Of a stretch of 64,000 bases of DNA, positions 1 to 12,100 are shown piece after piece. Numbering within the stretch: position 1 is the first letter of the stretch; the number at the start of each line of letters is the position of its first letter. The translations under genes were made by a program, and so were the position numbers. Below the pieces are notes generated by a model, which did not search any database, had not been told where the DNA came from, and was given only the letters and a program-made list of their open reading frames with translations. The DNA is from Mobula hypostoma (taxonomy: Eukaryota), in assembly GCF_963921235.1 (NCBI RefSeq), contig NC_086103.1:72788001-72852000 (forward strand), read 5' to 3'.

Positions 1-642
1 GTGTTAGAGCCGGGAGGGATACAGCCGACACCCCGAGTGATGCCGGGCGCTGCTGGTTTTTGCAGATTAATGGATGTGGGGTGTGGGGGGGGGGTTGGTG
101 GTGGATTGACGGGGTGAGTGAACTTGGAGGACTGATCATTGCTGATCTGAATGGACTAAGAAACAAGACCAAAGCTCGGAATATCCCCAATCATTGCGGT
201 GAAGGTTTGGGTGCACAGTGGGTATGTGAGTAGAAAAATGAATCCCAGATCCAAAATGGCAAGAGAGGAGAATGATTTCAATACTCGAGATCACAATCGG
301 ATCTTCGTACCTTCCCTGCATGTTTCTGTATCAGTGACAGAACAGCTCTCTGAAATGTTACCGCTGGACTATCGGTTGTGTCAAAACTACAGAAATGCAA
401 TGCAATCACCACATCCTACTCAGGGTCAGCTGAGGGGTGGCTGTTTCAGGATGTGGGAAATGCCTAATAATATCCACATGCTTTTGAATACGTAGAAATT
501 TTCCGTAATATTCCTCAGATGCCGCCCGGCAGGTAAAATGGATCACATTCCCGTTGCTCGGGCAGGTTTCTAAACTGTAGGCACACCCGTCTGATCATCC
601 CATTCAGCGCCATCTGTAACTTTCTTTCCTGGATTCTTTCAG

Positions 643-990
643 GTCGAGTCGCCTTCGTCTCTGGGACAAACGTGCGAGGAGTCACGGGACAGTCGATCAC
701 ACTGCCGTGCCACTATTCTGTCGGAAAATATGTAAAAAGAGCGATGTGCTGGGGTCGGGGACAGTGCCCTTTAAGCGGCTGCGGACACGTGTTGATTGGA
801 ACAAATGGACACAGAGTAACTTCTGTAACATCCCAGAAATACAGTCTTGGTGGTAGAATTGCGGCAGGAGATGTGTCGCTCACCATAAATGATCTACAGA
901 GAGAAGATAGCGGCTGGTATTGTTGCCGTGTGCGGATGCCGGGACTGTTTAATGATCTGATAACGAATTTGAATCTCCGGGTTTTGGACG
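643..990 (+). CDS. TIM/HAVCR-family IgV domain exon, copy V1 (phase 1-1, 348 nt); its leader exon lies just upstream of the window
   Basis: Acceptor ttctttcag at 634-642 and donor GTAAGC at 991. Open frame GRVAFVSGTNVRGVTGQSITLPCHYS...MCWGRGQCPLSGC...GDVSLTI...DSGWYCCRVRMPGLFND...LRVLD. The six cysteines, CWGxGxC, YCCRV and the FG-loop xFND motif are TIM hallmarks. Bases 1-130 align to intron 1 of copy V2 from about 18351. Confidence 0.93.
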
Positions 991-1025
991 GTAAGCAGCT
1001 CAATATTACATGACTCTGTGTCAGA

Positions 1026-1330
1026 AATGGCGGCATAGCGGTGTAGATGCTAGTATATTTTGCACACATCTCCTGTGATTCTGGTTCGATCCCGAGCTCT
1101 TCTGCTTATTGTGCGGAAATCATATGTCCTTCCTTGCTTCCTCCAGTGCTCTGAGATCGCAAGAACAGGTTAGTAGATTAATCGGTCAGCGTAATCTACC
1201 TCTAATGTAAATTAACAGCAGGACAATGGCGGGGAGCTAAGTTTCCAAGGAAATATGGGGGATGTATCTGATGGGAATCTTGGGCAGCTGATATGGTCGC
1301 GATGGGCTGAACGGCCCTCCTCTGCCCCCG
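1026..1330 (+). mobile_element. Decayed tRNA-derived SINE in the intron after V1; the same insertion follows V2 (about 19142) and V3 (about 35680)
   Basis: A-box-like ggcggcatagcggtg and B-box-like ggttcgatcc, at the same position after all three V exons. Confidence 0.6.
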
Positions 1331-1779
1331 AGAACATAAGAAATAACACAATGAATACTGATTTATTGTTCGCTCTGTTGTATATCCAGTACAATGGATA
1401 ATGTGCAGGATAACAACGGCAGGACAGTACAATGTGATATGGACAAAGAGTGCATTGTCTGAGATTCTCTGGAGAGAATTGTTTTGTGTGTTGCATCAGA
1501 TATACAACACAAAATAATGGGCTTCGTGTGCCAATAACAGTGTTAATGCTGCTGTCGTAGGAGCATAACCAATAGAAACAGGGGTTGTCCACTGGGCATT
1601 TCTGGCTGTTCCACCATTCATTCAGAATGTGGTTGATCTTCTTTCTACCTCAGCACCATTTTCCATCATTGTCCTGTATCCCTTGACTCCATGTCCAGAC
1701 ATCTATCAATCTGTGTTTTGAACAAATATGAAGAATGGGCATCTGTAAACTAAAGGATCACGATCACAGAAAGATCTTC

Positions 1780-4700
1780 TTCTGCTGAGCTTTATAAGAT
1801 ACTAATTAGGCTGCACTGAGAGTATTGGCTACAGTTTTGGGCCCCTTAGCTCAGGAAGGATGTGTTGTCATTGGAGAGATTACAGAGGAGGTTCTCGGGG
1901 ATGATTACGGGATTCAAGGAGTTAACATGTGAGGAGCATTTGGCAGCTTTGGGCCTGTACTCACTGGAATTTAGAAAAATGTGGGAAGATATCATTGAAA
2001 CCTACAGAATGTTAAAGGACTAGATAAGGTGGATGTAGAGCAGATGTTTCCTATGGTGGGAGTATCCAGAACTATAGGGCACAGTCGTACAAGGGGGCGC
2101 TGTGAGCGGACCCCAATGCAAGACATAGACACTGAAGTACAAGGAACAGGACTAGGTTTGTCAAGAAAGCAAGGGAAGTGGGGAAGAAAGGACGCCGGAC
2201 ATGACACAGTCCCTGGACGAGACAAGGATTCAGGGCCTGGGCTAGAACTTGACTAGGAAAGTGGGACCAGGACAAGGAAAGCGGGCCAGAGACTGGACAA
2301 CGACCCTGAACCTGGGTCTTGACTCAGGCTTGGACCCCGGAACTAGGTGAGGATATGATGTGGCTACAGGACTGTACATGTCTTGGATTCTTTGAGACGT
2401 GGCTACAGGATTGGATATGGCTTGGGTTCTTCAAGGCTTGGGTATGGGCGCCAAGCCAGAGACTGGGCTAGGACCCAGAATCTGGGTCTTGACTCGGTCT
2501 CGGACTCCAGGACTAGGCAAAGACATGACTTGGCTAAAGGACTGGATGAGGCTTGGATTCTTTGAGGCTTTCCTGGGCAGGACGATGTAATCCTGGGCTG
2601 GGCAAGAACACAAAGCCCTGACTTGGTCTTGGGAGAACTGGACCACAGGGACTTGGTCTTGGCAGAACTGTAACACAGAACACAGATCCTCGGTAATCTT
2701 GGGAGACTGGAATGCAGAACACAGAGATGGTTCCCAACACCAGGTAGCAGCAAACGGCTGGACCTACCTAGCGAAGGCGTGGACACAGAGATGGTTCCCA
2801 ACACAAGGTAGCGGCAAATGGTTGGACCTACCTAGTGAAGGTGTTGGCATAGAGATGGTTCCCAACACTAGGTAGCGGCAAACTGCCGGACCTACCTAGC
2901 GAAGGCGTGGACACAGAGACAGTTCCAAACAACGAGAGACAGTTCCTTATCTAGACACAGCAAGGCTCCGGTCTTGCTCCAGCAGTAGAACTTGACAGTA
3001 ATACAGGTGCGGACACAGGCGTGTTGCAGGCAAGGCATCAGGAGGAAGGGAAAGGGAAGGGAACAGTCCAGCAAATGAAGCTGAACCCAGAAGCTATTTA
3101 TGTAGCCAGCCCAAAATGAGAATCAGGTGCCTCAATTAGAACACCCAACAGAACAAGGGAAAACCGGAAAACCTGGAATAAGAAATGATGGACCGGACTG
3201 TGAATGGAATGTGGACTTCACAGACTGGACCATGACAGTACTACCCACTCCCCACCACCACCACGGGAGCCTCCTGGCGACCAAACAAGCAATCCCAAAC
3301 TATGGACGACACGGGCGGGTTGAGGGCATTCAACAAGAGAGAACCCAGGATATCGAGAGTTGAAAGACAGTCTCTGTGTCGCTGGGTCCACGTCTGGCTG
3401 GAGTGTTCTGTCATACAAGGGGCGCTGGGAGTGGACCCAAATGCAAGCCACAGACACCGAGGTACAAGGAACAGGACTAGGTTTGTCAAGAAAGCAAGGG
3501 AAGTGGGAAAGAAAGGACGCTGGACATGACACAAGCCCTGGACGAGACAGGGATTCAGGGCCTGGGCTAGGACTTGACTAGGAAAGCGGGACCAGGACAA
3601 GGAACTAGGAACTAGGATCCTGGGCTTGGACTCTGAGCCAGAGACTGGACAAGGACCCAGAACCTGGGTCTTGATTCAGGCTTGGACCCTGGAACTAGGC
3701 AAGGACATGACGTGACTACAGGACTGGACGAGGCTTGGATTCTTCAAGGCTTTCCTGAGCAGGATGAGGTACTCCTGGGCTGGGCGAGAGCACAAAGCCT
3801 TGACTTGGTCTTGGGAGAACTGGAACACAAGGACTTGGTCTTGGCAGAACTGGAACACAGAACACAGAGTCTTGGTAATCTTGGGAGACAGGAACGCAAA
3901 ACACAGAGCCTTGGTCTGGAGAGACAGGAACATGGAACACAGAGCCAGGATCCCTCCTTGGGAACAGGGCATAGGGCCAGGACCCATACACAGAATGCTG
4001 AACACAACAAGATGGTTCCCAACACTAGGTAGCGCCAAACAGCTGGACCTACCTAGCGAAGGCGTGGACACAGAGACAGTTCCCAACACAAGTAGCAGCA
4101 AATGGCCGGACCCATCTAGCGAAGGTGTGGACACAGAGATGGTTCCCAAGACAAGGTAGCAGCAAACGGCAGCACCTACCTAGCAAAGGTGTGGACATAG
4201 GGACAGTTCCAAACAACAATAGACAGTTCCTTATCTAGACACAGCAAGCCTCAGGTCTTGCTCCGGCAGTAGAAATTGACAGTGATACAGGCGAGGTTGC
4301 AGACAAGGCTTCAGGAGGAAGGGGAAGGGAAGGGAACAGTCCAGCAAATGAAGCTGAATCAAGGAGCTATTTATGTAGCCAACCCAAAATGAGAATCATG
4401 TGCCTCAATTAGAGCACACAACAGAACAAGGAAAAACCGGAAGACCTGGAATAAGGAACGATGGACCAGACTGTGAACCAGAATGCGGACTTCACGGACT
4501 GGACCATGACAGGCACGGCCTCAAGACTGAGGGGTGATCCTTTAGAACAGAGGTAAAGAGGATTTTTTTTAAGCCAGAGAGCGGTAAATCTGTGGAATGC
4601 TCTGCCACAGACTGCAGTGGAGGCCAAGTCTGTGTGTATATTTAAGACGGAAATTGATTGTTTCCAGATGGGTCAGGGCACTAAAGGAGACGGCATCCAG

Positions 4701-4790
4701 GCAGGTGTATGGGGTTGAGCGATATCCAGGATTAGCCATGATAGAATGGTGAAGCGGACTCAATGGGCTGAATGGCCTCATTCTGCTCCT
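1780..4790 (+). mobile_element. Old CR1 LINE 3' fragment, split by the LTR element at 2083-4511
   Basis: CR1 ORF2 C-terminal similarity (aggttc...gggcctgtactcactggaatttagaa...gggcac|...tttttaagccagagagcggtaaatctgtggaat) and 3' UTR; the reading resumes after the insertion. Confidence 0.8.
2083..4511 (-). mobile_element. Non-autonomous Gypsy (Tf1/sushi-like) LTR element: two LTRs (2083-3237, 3409-4511) around a 171-bp internal region
   Basis: LTRs with TGTCAT...ATGACA termini (left start mutated to AGTCGT), 5-bp TSD GGCAC (2078-2082, 4512-4516), minus-strand PPT ggtggtggggagtgggtagtac, gag-start-like GTGGACCCAGCG next to the 5' LTR, and ~57-bp tandem repeats inside the LTRs. Confidence 0.85.
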
Positions 4791-4819
4791 ATGTCTTATA
4801 GTCTTATAGTATGTACAGT

Positions 4820-4940
4820 TCTGATGAAAGGTATTGGCCCAAGCCATCAACTGTACTGATTTCTATAGATGCTGCCTGGCCTACGGAGTACCTCCAGCAT
4901 TTTGTGTGTGTTGCTTGGATTTCCAGCATCAGCAGATTTT
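4820..4940 (+). mobile_element. Penelope-like element terminal repeat remnant
   Basis: ctgatgaaagg...gatgctgcctggcc...ccagcattttgtgtgtgttgct, the same motif as the 3' end of the Penelope element at 48300-48400. Confidence 0.6.
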
Positions 4941-5415
4941 CTTTTGTTTCTCATGTAAGTTCTGGCTGGCCTGTCTCAAGTTCTTGGTTCCTCAGGCAGG
5001 GAAAACAGCCTCCTTACATTTTTTTCTGCCAAGTTCTTGAAGGATTTTTAATGTTTTGTTGAAGCAGAAGAAAGTAAAATCCCAGTCTACTCAATATCTC
5101 CTCATTTAGAAAACCTAGCAATCCTGAATCATTATTGCACTCTGCCTATGGCATGTACATCCTTTCTTAGGTAAGAGGCCATAAGTGTCCAATATACTCT
5201 TGGGTGCTTTTGCCAAGTCATTTTACAAGTACAGCAAGACTTGCTCATTGCTGTATTCAAATTCTCTTGTAAATGATCATCGACTATTTGCACCTACATC
5301 AGACCTTGGTCTCTATAAACTTTAACATTATGTAATCACTCTCCATTTAATAACTAATTTACTTTTCTATTAATTGCACCAGAATAGATAAGGTTTAAAT
5401 TTTTTTCACATTGTC

Positions 5416-7440
5416 GGAACATGGAAACATAGAAAACCTACAGCAAAATACAGGCCCTTTATCCCACAAAACTGTGCTGAACATGTCCTTACCTTAGATA
5501 TTACTGAGAGTTACCCATAGTCCTCTATTTTTTAAAGTTCCATATACCTATCCAGGAGTCTCTTAAAAGACCCTATCGTATCTGCCTCCACCACTGTCGC
5601 TGGCAGCCCATTCTCTGCATAAAAAACTTAACCCTGACATCTCCTCTGTGCCAACTTCCAAGCACCTAAAACTGTGCCATCTCGTGCTAGCCATTTCAGC
5701 TCTGGGAGAAAGCCTCTGACTATCCACACAATCAATGCCTCTCATCATCTTATATACCTCTATCAGGTCACCTCTCATCCTTCATCGCTCCAAGGAGAAA
5801 AGGACGAGTTCAATCAACCTATTCTCATAAGGCATGCTCCCCAATCCAGACAACATCCTTATAAATCTCCCCTGCACCTTTTCTATGCTTTCTACATCCT
5901 TCCTGTAGTGAGGCGACCAGAACTGAGCACAGTACTCCAAGTGGGGTCTGACCAGGTTCCTATATAGGTGCAACATTACCTCTCAGCTCCTAAACTCAGT
6001 CCCGCGATTGATGAAAGCCAATACACCGTATGCCTTCTTAACCGCAGAGTCAACCTGCACAGCAGCTTTGAGTGTCCTATGAACTTGGACCCCAAGATCC
6101 TGCTGATCCTCCACACTGCCAACAGTCTTACCCTTAATACTATATTCCGCCATCATATTTGACCTACCAAAATGAACCACTTCACACTTACCTGGGTTGA
6201 ACTCCATTTGCCACTTCTCAGCCCAGTTTTGCATCCTATCAATATCTTGCTGTAAACTCTGACAGCCCTCCACACTATCCACAACACACCCCGACCTTTG
6301 TGTCATCAGCAAATTTACTAACCCATTCCTCCACTTCCTCATCCATGTCATAATAAAAATCACAAAGAGTAGGTGTCCCAGAACAGACCCCTGAGGTACA
6401 CCACTGGTCACTGACCTCCATGCAGAATAAGACCCGTCTGCAACCACCCCTTGCCTTCTGTGGGCAAGCCAGTTCTGGATCCACAAAGCAAGGTCCCCTT
6501 GGATCCCATGCCTCTTTACTTTCTCAATAAGCCTTGCATGGGGTACCTTATCAAGTGCCTTGCTGAAATCCATATAAACTACATCTACTGCTCTACCTTC
6601 ATCAATGTGTTTAGTCACACCCTCAAAAAAATTCAATCAAACTCGTAAGGCACGACCTGCCCTTTGACAAAGCCATACTGACTATTCCTAATCATATTAT
6701 GCCTCTCCAAATGTTCATAAATACTGTCTCTCAGGATCTTCTCCATCAACTTACCAACCACTGGTCTATAACTTCCTGGGCTATCTCTACTCCCTTTCAT
6801 GAATGAAGGAACAACATCCACAACCCTCCAATCCTCCAGAACCTCTCCTGTCCCCATTGATGATGCAAAGATCTCCTCCCCAACCTCCCACAATAGCCTG
6901 GGGTACATCTCATCTGATCCCGGTGACTTATCCAACTTGATGCTTTCCAAAAGCTCCCGCACATCCTTAATTTCTACATGCTCAAGCTTTTCAGTCCGCT
7001 GTAAGTCATCCTTACAATCGCCAAGATCCTTTTCCGTAGTGAATACTGAAGCAAAGTATTTATTAAGTATCTCTGCTATCTCCTCTGGTTCCATACAAAC
7101 TTTTCCACTGTCACACTTGATTGGTCCTATTCTCTCACTTCTTATCCTTCCTGCTAGCATTATAATCTTCTGGACTCTATCATCACCTAGTATTTTGAAC
7201 CTTTCATAAGTTTTTTTTTCCTTCTTGACTAGATTTACAAGAGCCTTTGTACACCATGGTTCCTGTACCCTACCATCCTTTCCCTGTCTCACTGGAACGT
7301 ACTTATGCTGAACACCACACAAATATCCCCTGAACATTTGCCCCACTTTTCTTACATTTCTCTGAGAACATCTGTTCTCAATTTATGCTTCCAAGATCCT
7401 GCCTGATAGCCTCATATTTCCCCTTGCTCCAATTATATTG
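5416..7440 (-). mobile_element. CR1 LINE, 5'-truncated and degenerate ORF2 (RT)
   Basis: Minus-strand ORFs with [41 protein letters not shown]; reverse-complement tail aaacatagaaaa at about 5430. Confidence 0.92.
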
Positions 7441-8389
7441 TATTCCATTTGTCATTTTCTTGCCCTCTCACTGAGCTTGTTTATATAACCTTGTAGCCTC
7501 TTCACATCCTGCTCTGTGCTCCCAAACCCACTTGGTCTTACACTGTTGGAAAATCCAAAACATATAACTTTTTCCCTCATATATTTCATTGCATCTCAGT
7601 CCTGAATGATGATGCCTTATTTTAAGATTCTGACATGATGATCCCTACAGGCAAAGCATTTCTTACACCTGCCCTTTGCAGCCCTCTCAGAATTGTATGC
7701 ATTTCAATCAGCTCTCCTCCTATTCCTCCAAGCTCTGCTGTGCGCTGAACATCTGTTTCCCTGGAATCAATGTATGAATATTTATTTCTTCTGATCAAGT
7801 TTTTTGTTTATCGGCCTATTGGCTTACTTAGCCTTCAGTGACCATGAACACAGACACCCAGATCCTTTGAATGTCCAATCACTCACCGTATAACAAAAAT
7901 CTGTTTTTCTTATATTCCTCCTGAAGTGGATCATGTCACATTTCACCACATTATATCCCATTCATTATGTCCTTATCTATTTAGCCAGACCTCCCTTTTC
8001 CATTGATTTCTCCTTACATTCTCTGTAAATCTCATGGTGTTAAATCTTGGAAATGTTGCCCTTGAGCTAAGTCTTTGATATATGTTACGCAGAGAAGAGG
8101 GTCCAACCCTGTGACTATGAAGCCCATCCACCTGCAGATTCACAACTCAAGCTTATTCCATCTGTTTTCTCCGTTAACCAATGCAGATTAGAGAATTAAC
8201 CCCGAAACAATGTGTCCTAATCACAGCTAACAGTGGCACTTTAAAGAACCTCCAATGGTCTAAATACTTAATATCCACCTGTTGTCCCTAATCTTTTCTA
8301 CAAGTTATATAAGCTTGAAGTAAGTGAATAAAATTCCATGACAAGCATGGAAAAACATAAAAATAATTTTAATGTTTCTTCTGTGACAC

Positions 8390-8470
8390 AGACAAGCACA
8401 CAGTTCTGTTAGCCACAAATAAGTGCTTTATTACACACCATGGAAATGATGTTGCTTACTTACATCTCTA
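8390..8470 (+). pseudogene. Decayed copy of the 84-nt stalk exon in the V1 duplication unit
   Basis: Aligns to 32676-32759 (agcaca...ccatggaaatga...ttactta). The acceptor tacag is changed to gacac, and the ccagg|gtcagt donor segment is deleted. Flanking introns also align to 32500-32940. Confidence 0.65.
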
Positions 8471-9152
8471 ATATCAATGTCTTTTTGTTTAGATAAACTG
8501 CAATGTAGGTGATAAATGTTAATAAGTATGCCTTGAAATCGATTTTAGTTGAAATGTTTATGTTTAGAACCTTAAGATTTGGTGAAGACATTTGCATAAG
8601 GCAGGCTGAGAATGTCTGCAGTAAAGTGAAAGTAAAACTTGCATTTTATAAATTGCCAATCTCTCTGAGCAGACATTGGGAACCTGTTTCCACGGACAGG
8701 GATGTGGTGATGATCAGATGTAGATCATTATTGCAGATTTATTAACTTAATTACCAATTGGTTAGGAATCGAGTTAATTTCTTGTTCATAAAAATAATCA
8801 AAGGTATGACAACACCAAAAGAACTTAATATGACCAAATTAATGGTACTGTGTCTGTTCACAGAATGAGCAACAAGGTAATCAAATCAGTGACACAAGTA
8901 GAAGTAATCCTGATTTCATCACCTTGCGGAAATCTGTCCAAAATGTTCTATGAAGAAACTCAGTGAGATGACAAGAACTTGGCAGATGGAAAACAATGAA
9001 GACATATGGGAGATCATCCAATTTAGTGCCAATCATGTAAAAATAGCTTTTCTTAAATTCTGAGTGATTGTGTGGTGCTGAAATTTATAAACAAGATGTG
9101 ATGATACACACATCTCTTCAGGTCACTGTGCAGGTGGAAATAATAAGTTACC

Positions 9153-12100
9153 AACTGTAAATCATTTAATCGAATCTGGTGTATTGTGTGTTATTTGGGC
9201 GGGGTGGGGTACATCACACAGCATCCACACAAACTGATTACCCAGTTTGGCGGGGCTGAGGGCTGTCTCCCTAGACGACAGCGAACCGAGCGACCCTGAG
9301 GCGGCCAGGGGGCTACATTGTGGGCTTTTGTCCGGGATTGGATCTACTGGTATGCTGTGTGGTTGCCCTGTTTAAATCAGTAATGTGAGTCTCTGTGGGT
9401 TATTTGCTGGTTATCGCTGTATGCGTGGAGGGTGAGGTCTTTGTTCGAGTTCAGACTAGCATTGACGAGTTGGAGGTGCTGTTGGGAGAGAGAGGAAAGT
9501 GTGGTCTGATTTGGAGGTAGTGTCTGTGAATGAATGTTCTAGCTCTGGCAGGCTCCGCCTGGCATTTGAGATAGTGTCCACCCCAAGAGGGGCAGTGGCG
9601 TGCGAGACGTAGGCGAAGCGGATCTCTCAGTTGTTAGATGAGTGGCAGTCCTTGGTTGAGGAAGAGCGACAGGGATTGGCTGAAAGTTTAAGTAGGCGGG
9701 CTGGTGACGGTGTTAGAGCTGTCAGGTTCACTTACACCGTAGTGACAGCTGTCAGTTATTTGAAAGGGGGGGGGAAAGTTTTCAGTGTGTCTTCTCTGGC
9801 TAGGAGGGCAACTAAATTGCTTGCAGTGCCAGGGGGATCACTTCAGGGGATCAGTTGTTCAGCTGATCAGAGAGGTGTCGGGAAACTTAGTGGAGGCCCA
9901 GTGGGGAACGGCTTGGAGTCTCTGGAGAAGCACGTTCCCAGCAATGTACCAATGAACTTCCGAAAGAAAAAGACCCTATTCCGGAAGGCTTAGAGGGACC
10001 ATGCCCCAGGGTGTCGTTATGGATAGAGTGAAGCGATGTTAAAGCCATCCTTGACCCCGGGGCGCAGGTCAAGTTGTTGTACAGTTCATTTTACAACCGG
10101 TGTCTGAAGCATTTACCCTTGACAACCGCAAGGGCACCAGAGATTTTGGGTACCAGTGCCAGTAGTTATCCAGAAGACGATGATTGGTTAATGACCCTGG
10201 AGTTCATGGAGGCATTGTCTGGGCACCCAGCGTGTCGAGTTGCTTCTGAGGACGTGTGTAGCAGCCTTGAGCCAGTAACGAATTTAAATGAGACCCAGCA
10301 GTGGTACGGCCTGGGGAGAGCAGCTGAGGGTGAGACCCTCTTAGTAGACGCTCCGAACTACCACGAGGGAGGGGAGTTGACCGCTGAAGACACCTCAGTG
10401 AGAGAGAGGTCGCGGCAACTGAACCCTGGCGGCATGGAAGATGAAAGCAGCGTGTGTGTGGATTATGTGACATGGTTTCATGTGCTGGATCTGAGGGGTG
10501 GATGTTGCCAGATCCCGAGGAGTGCAGCTGTTGAGCCAAAGACAGCCGTTATTAGTTCCCTAGGATTCTTCCGATCCGAAAAGATGCCCAAGGGCATATC
10601 TGGAGCCCCTGCATCCTTCCCGCGGGGCATGAGGATGACCATGGGGGAAGTGAAGGTGTGTGGAGTTTTGGCGTATGTGGATGACCGCCTAGAGCTTGGA
10701 TTTGCCTGGGGGGACTATGAGGCGAGCTAAGTGGCTGAGCCCAGGCGACCGAAGTGAAGTGTCAAATGTAGAGGAGTTTTTGGCCGGAGGAGTTTGTGCA
10801 ATGTGAGAAAAATGACCCGACATACCAGTTGAACTTCCTGGTGTTGGAACCGACGGTGGTGGACCTGGGAATGGAAACCCAGGTCGTCAATCTGAATGAG
10901 ACTCAGGGGAGAGAGAAGATTCACACCGCTGGACTGAGTGCTCTGAAATGCCAGCCGGAGACTGAGTGCCGCACTTGTGGGACGACCAATGCAGACTTGG
11001 AATTCACGCTCGTCAACATGGAGAAGGAGCAATGGAATTCCGAGCCGACACTGTGGTCATGTACTGATGAATTAATCCAGGGAGAAGAAACAATGACCCA
11101 CCTTTGAAGGGATCAGCAGAAACTCAAGAAGTTGATTCAGAAAAGACTGGAAGACTTACAGGTTGGGGAAGATCAAGGAAGTGTTCTGATTAAAGCCAAC
11201 AGAAAACCGAAAGCCCGGGGAGGGGATTTTGACTACACTCCCGAGGAGGTGAAGAAATGGAGGACAGATTTCGGAAAAGGGAGGCGGATGCATGAAAGGA
11301 ACCTGAAGATGACCATCGACAGTTTAAATGCTGGAAAGACTCAGAGTTGACTTGGAAGGCGTCATCAGGATGGAAAAACAGGAGGCTGAAGGGGTAGCCT
11401 CGGCTAAATGTTTCAGTTTGGAGAAACTCAAACAGCAGCTACCAATCGAGGGAATGAGGAAGAATACGGATTCGAAGGATGATGTGCTGGACATGTGGTA
11501 CACGCTGCCTTTCGCTAACTTCCCCGTCATTGAGGAAGAGACCTTTGGCCCTTCTCAGTTGTAGTAGGGAGGGCTAGCTGTGGGCAGTCTGAGTTACGGC
11601 AGGATCAGGAAGGAAAAGAAGCGGGGCCCCAGATACGGAACAGGGGGCTCCGAGTTGTAATGGTGGCCTGAGTGAAAGAGTACTCAGCAAGCAGGCCTGA
11701 GGTATCCCTAGAAGTGTCTGAGCCTTTAGGGTTTAGGTGAGGGGGTACCGAGGTCTCGGAGGATTAGGGAGCTCTCAGACAGGTTGGCCTATGTAGCGCC
11801 CGTGGACGGGCGGAAGGTCCATTGTTTGGGAAGCAATGTCACTGTGTGTAGCTGGATGGGTTTCTGTGTCTGTAGGACTGGTTGCCGAGTTATTTAGAAG
11901 TCATGAGGACATGACTTTATTTGGTGGGGGGAGAGTGTAAGGGGTTTCTTTTTTTATGTCACTGCGTAGTCTAATTGAAAGGGCTTCTTTGTTATGTTAA
12001 CTGCTGAGAAAGTCCTTCCCGTGCATGAGTGGGCCAGTGAAGGAGTGGAGCTTTGAGGCTATGACTCGAGAGGCTTCGACGAGAAGAGGCGGAGGACAAG

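Noticed and set aside
214-241. CACAGTG heptamer in intron 1, conserved at 18527-18533, suggesting a RAG recombination signal for the V cassettes
   Set aside because: No acceptable ACAAAAACC nonamer at 12 or 23 bp. It is also upstream of V, and the V exons end in normal splice donors with no 3' RSS.
199-495. 98-aa ORF and the many other 60-160 aa ORFs in the track
   Set aside because: They are intronic, or antisense/alternate frames of TE sequence, with no recognisable domains or splice support.
2720-2935. Regularly spaced ~57-bp repeats (also 4010-4200) resembling a CRISPR array
   Set aside because: They are tandem units without unique spacers, inside a eukaryotic LTR.
8867-8879. Possible 13-nt micro-exon (ttcacag|AATGAGCAACAAG|GTAATC)
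   Set aside because: Not conserved in the paralogous unit and not frame-preserving.
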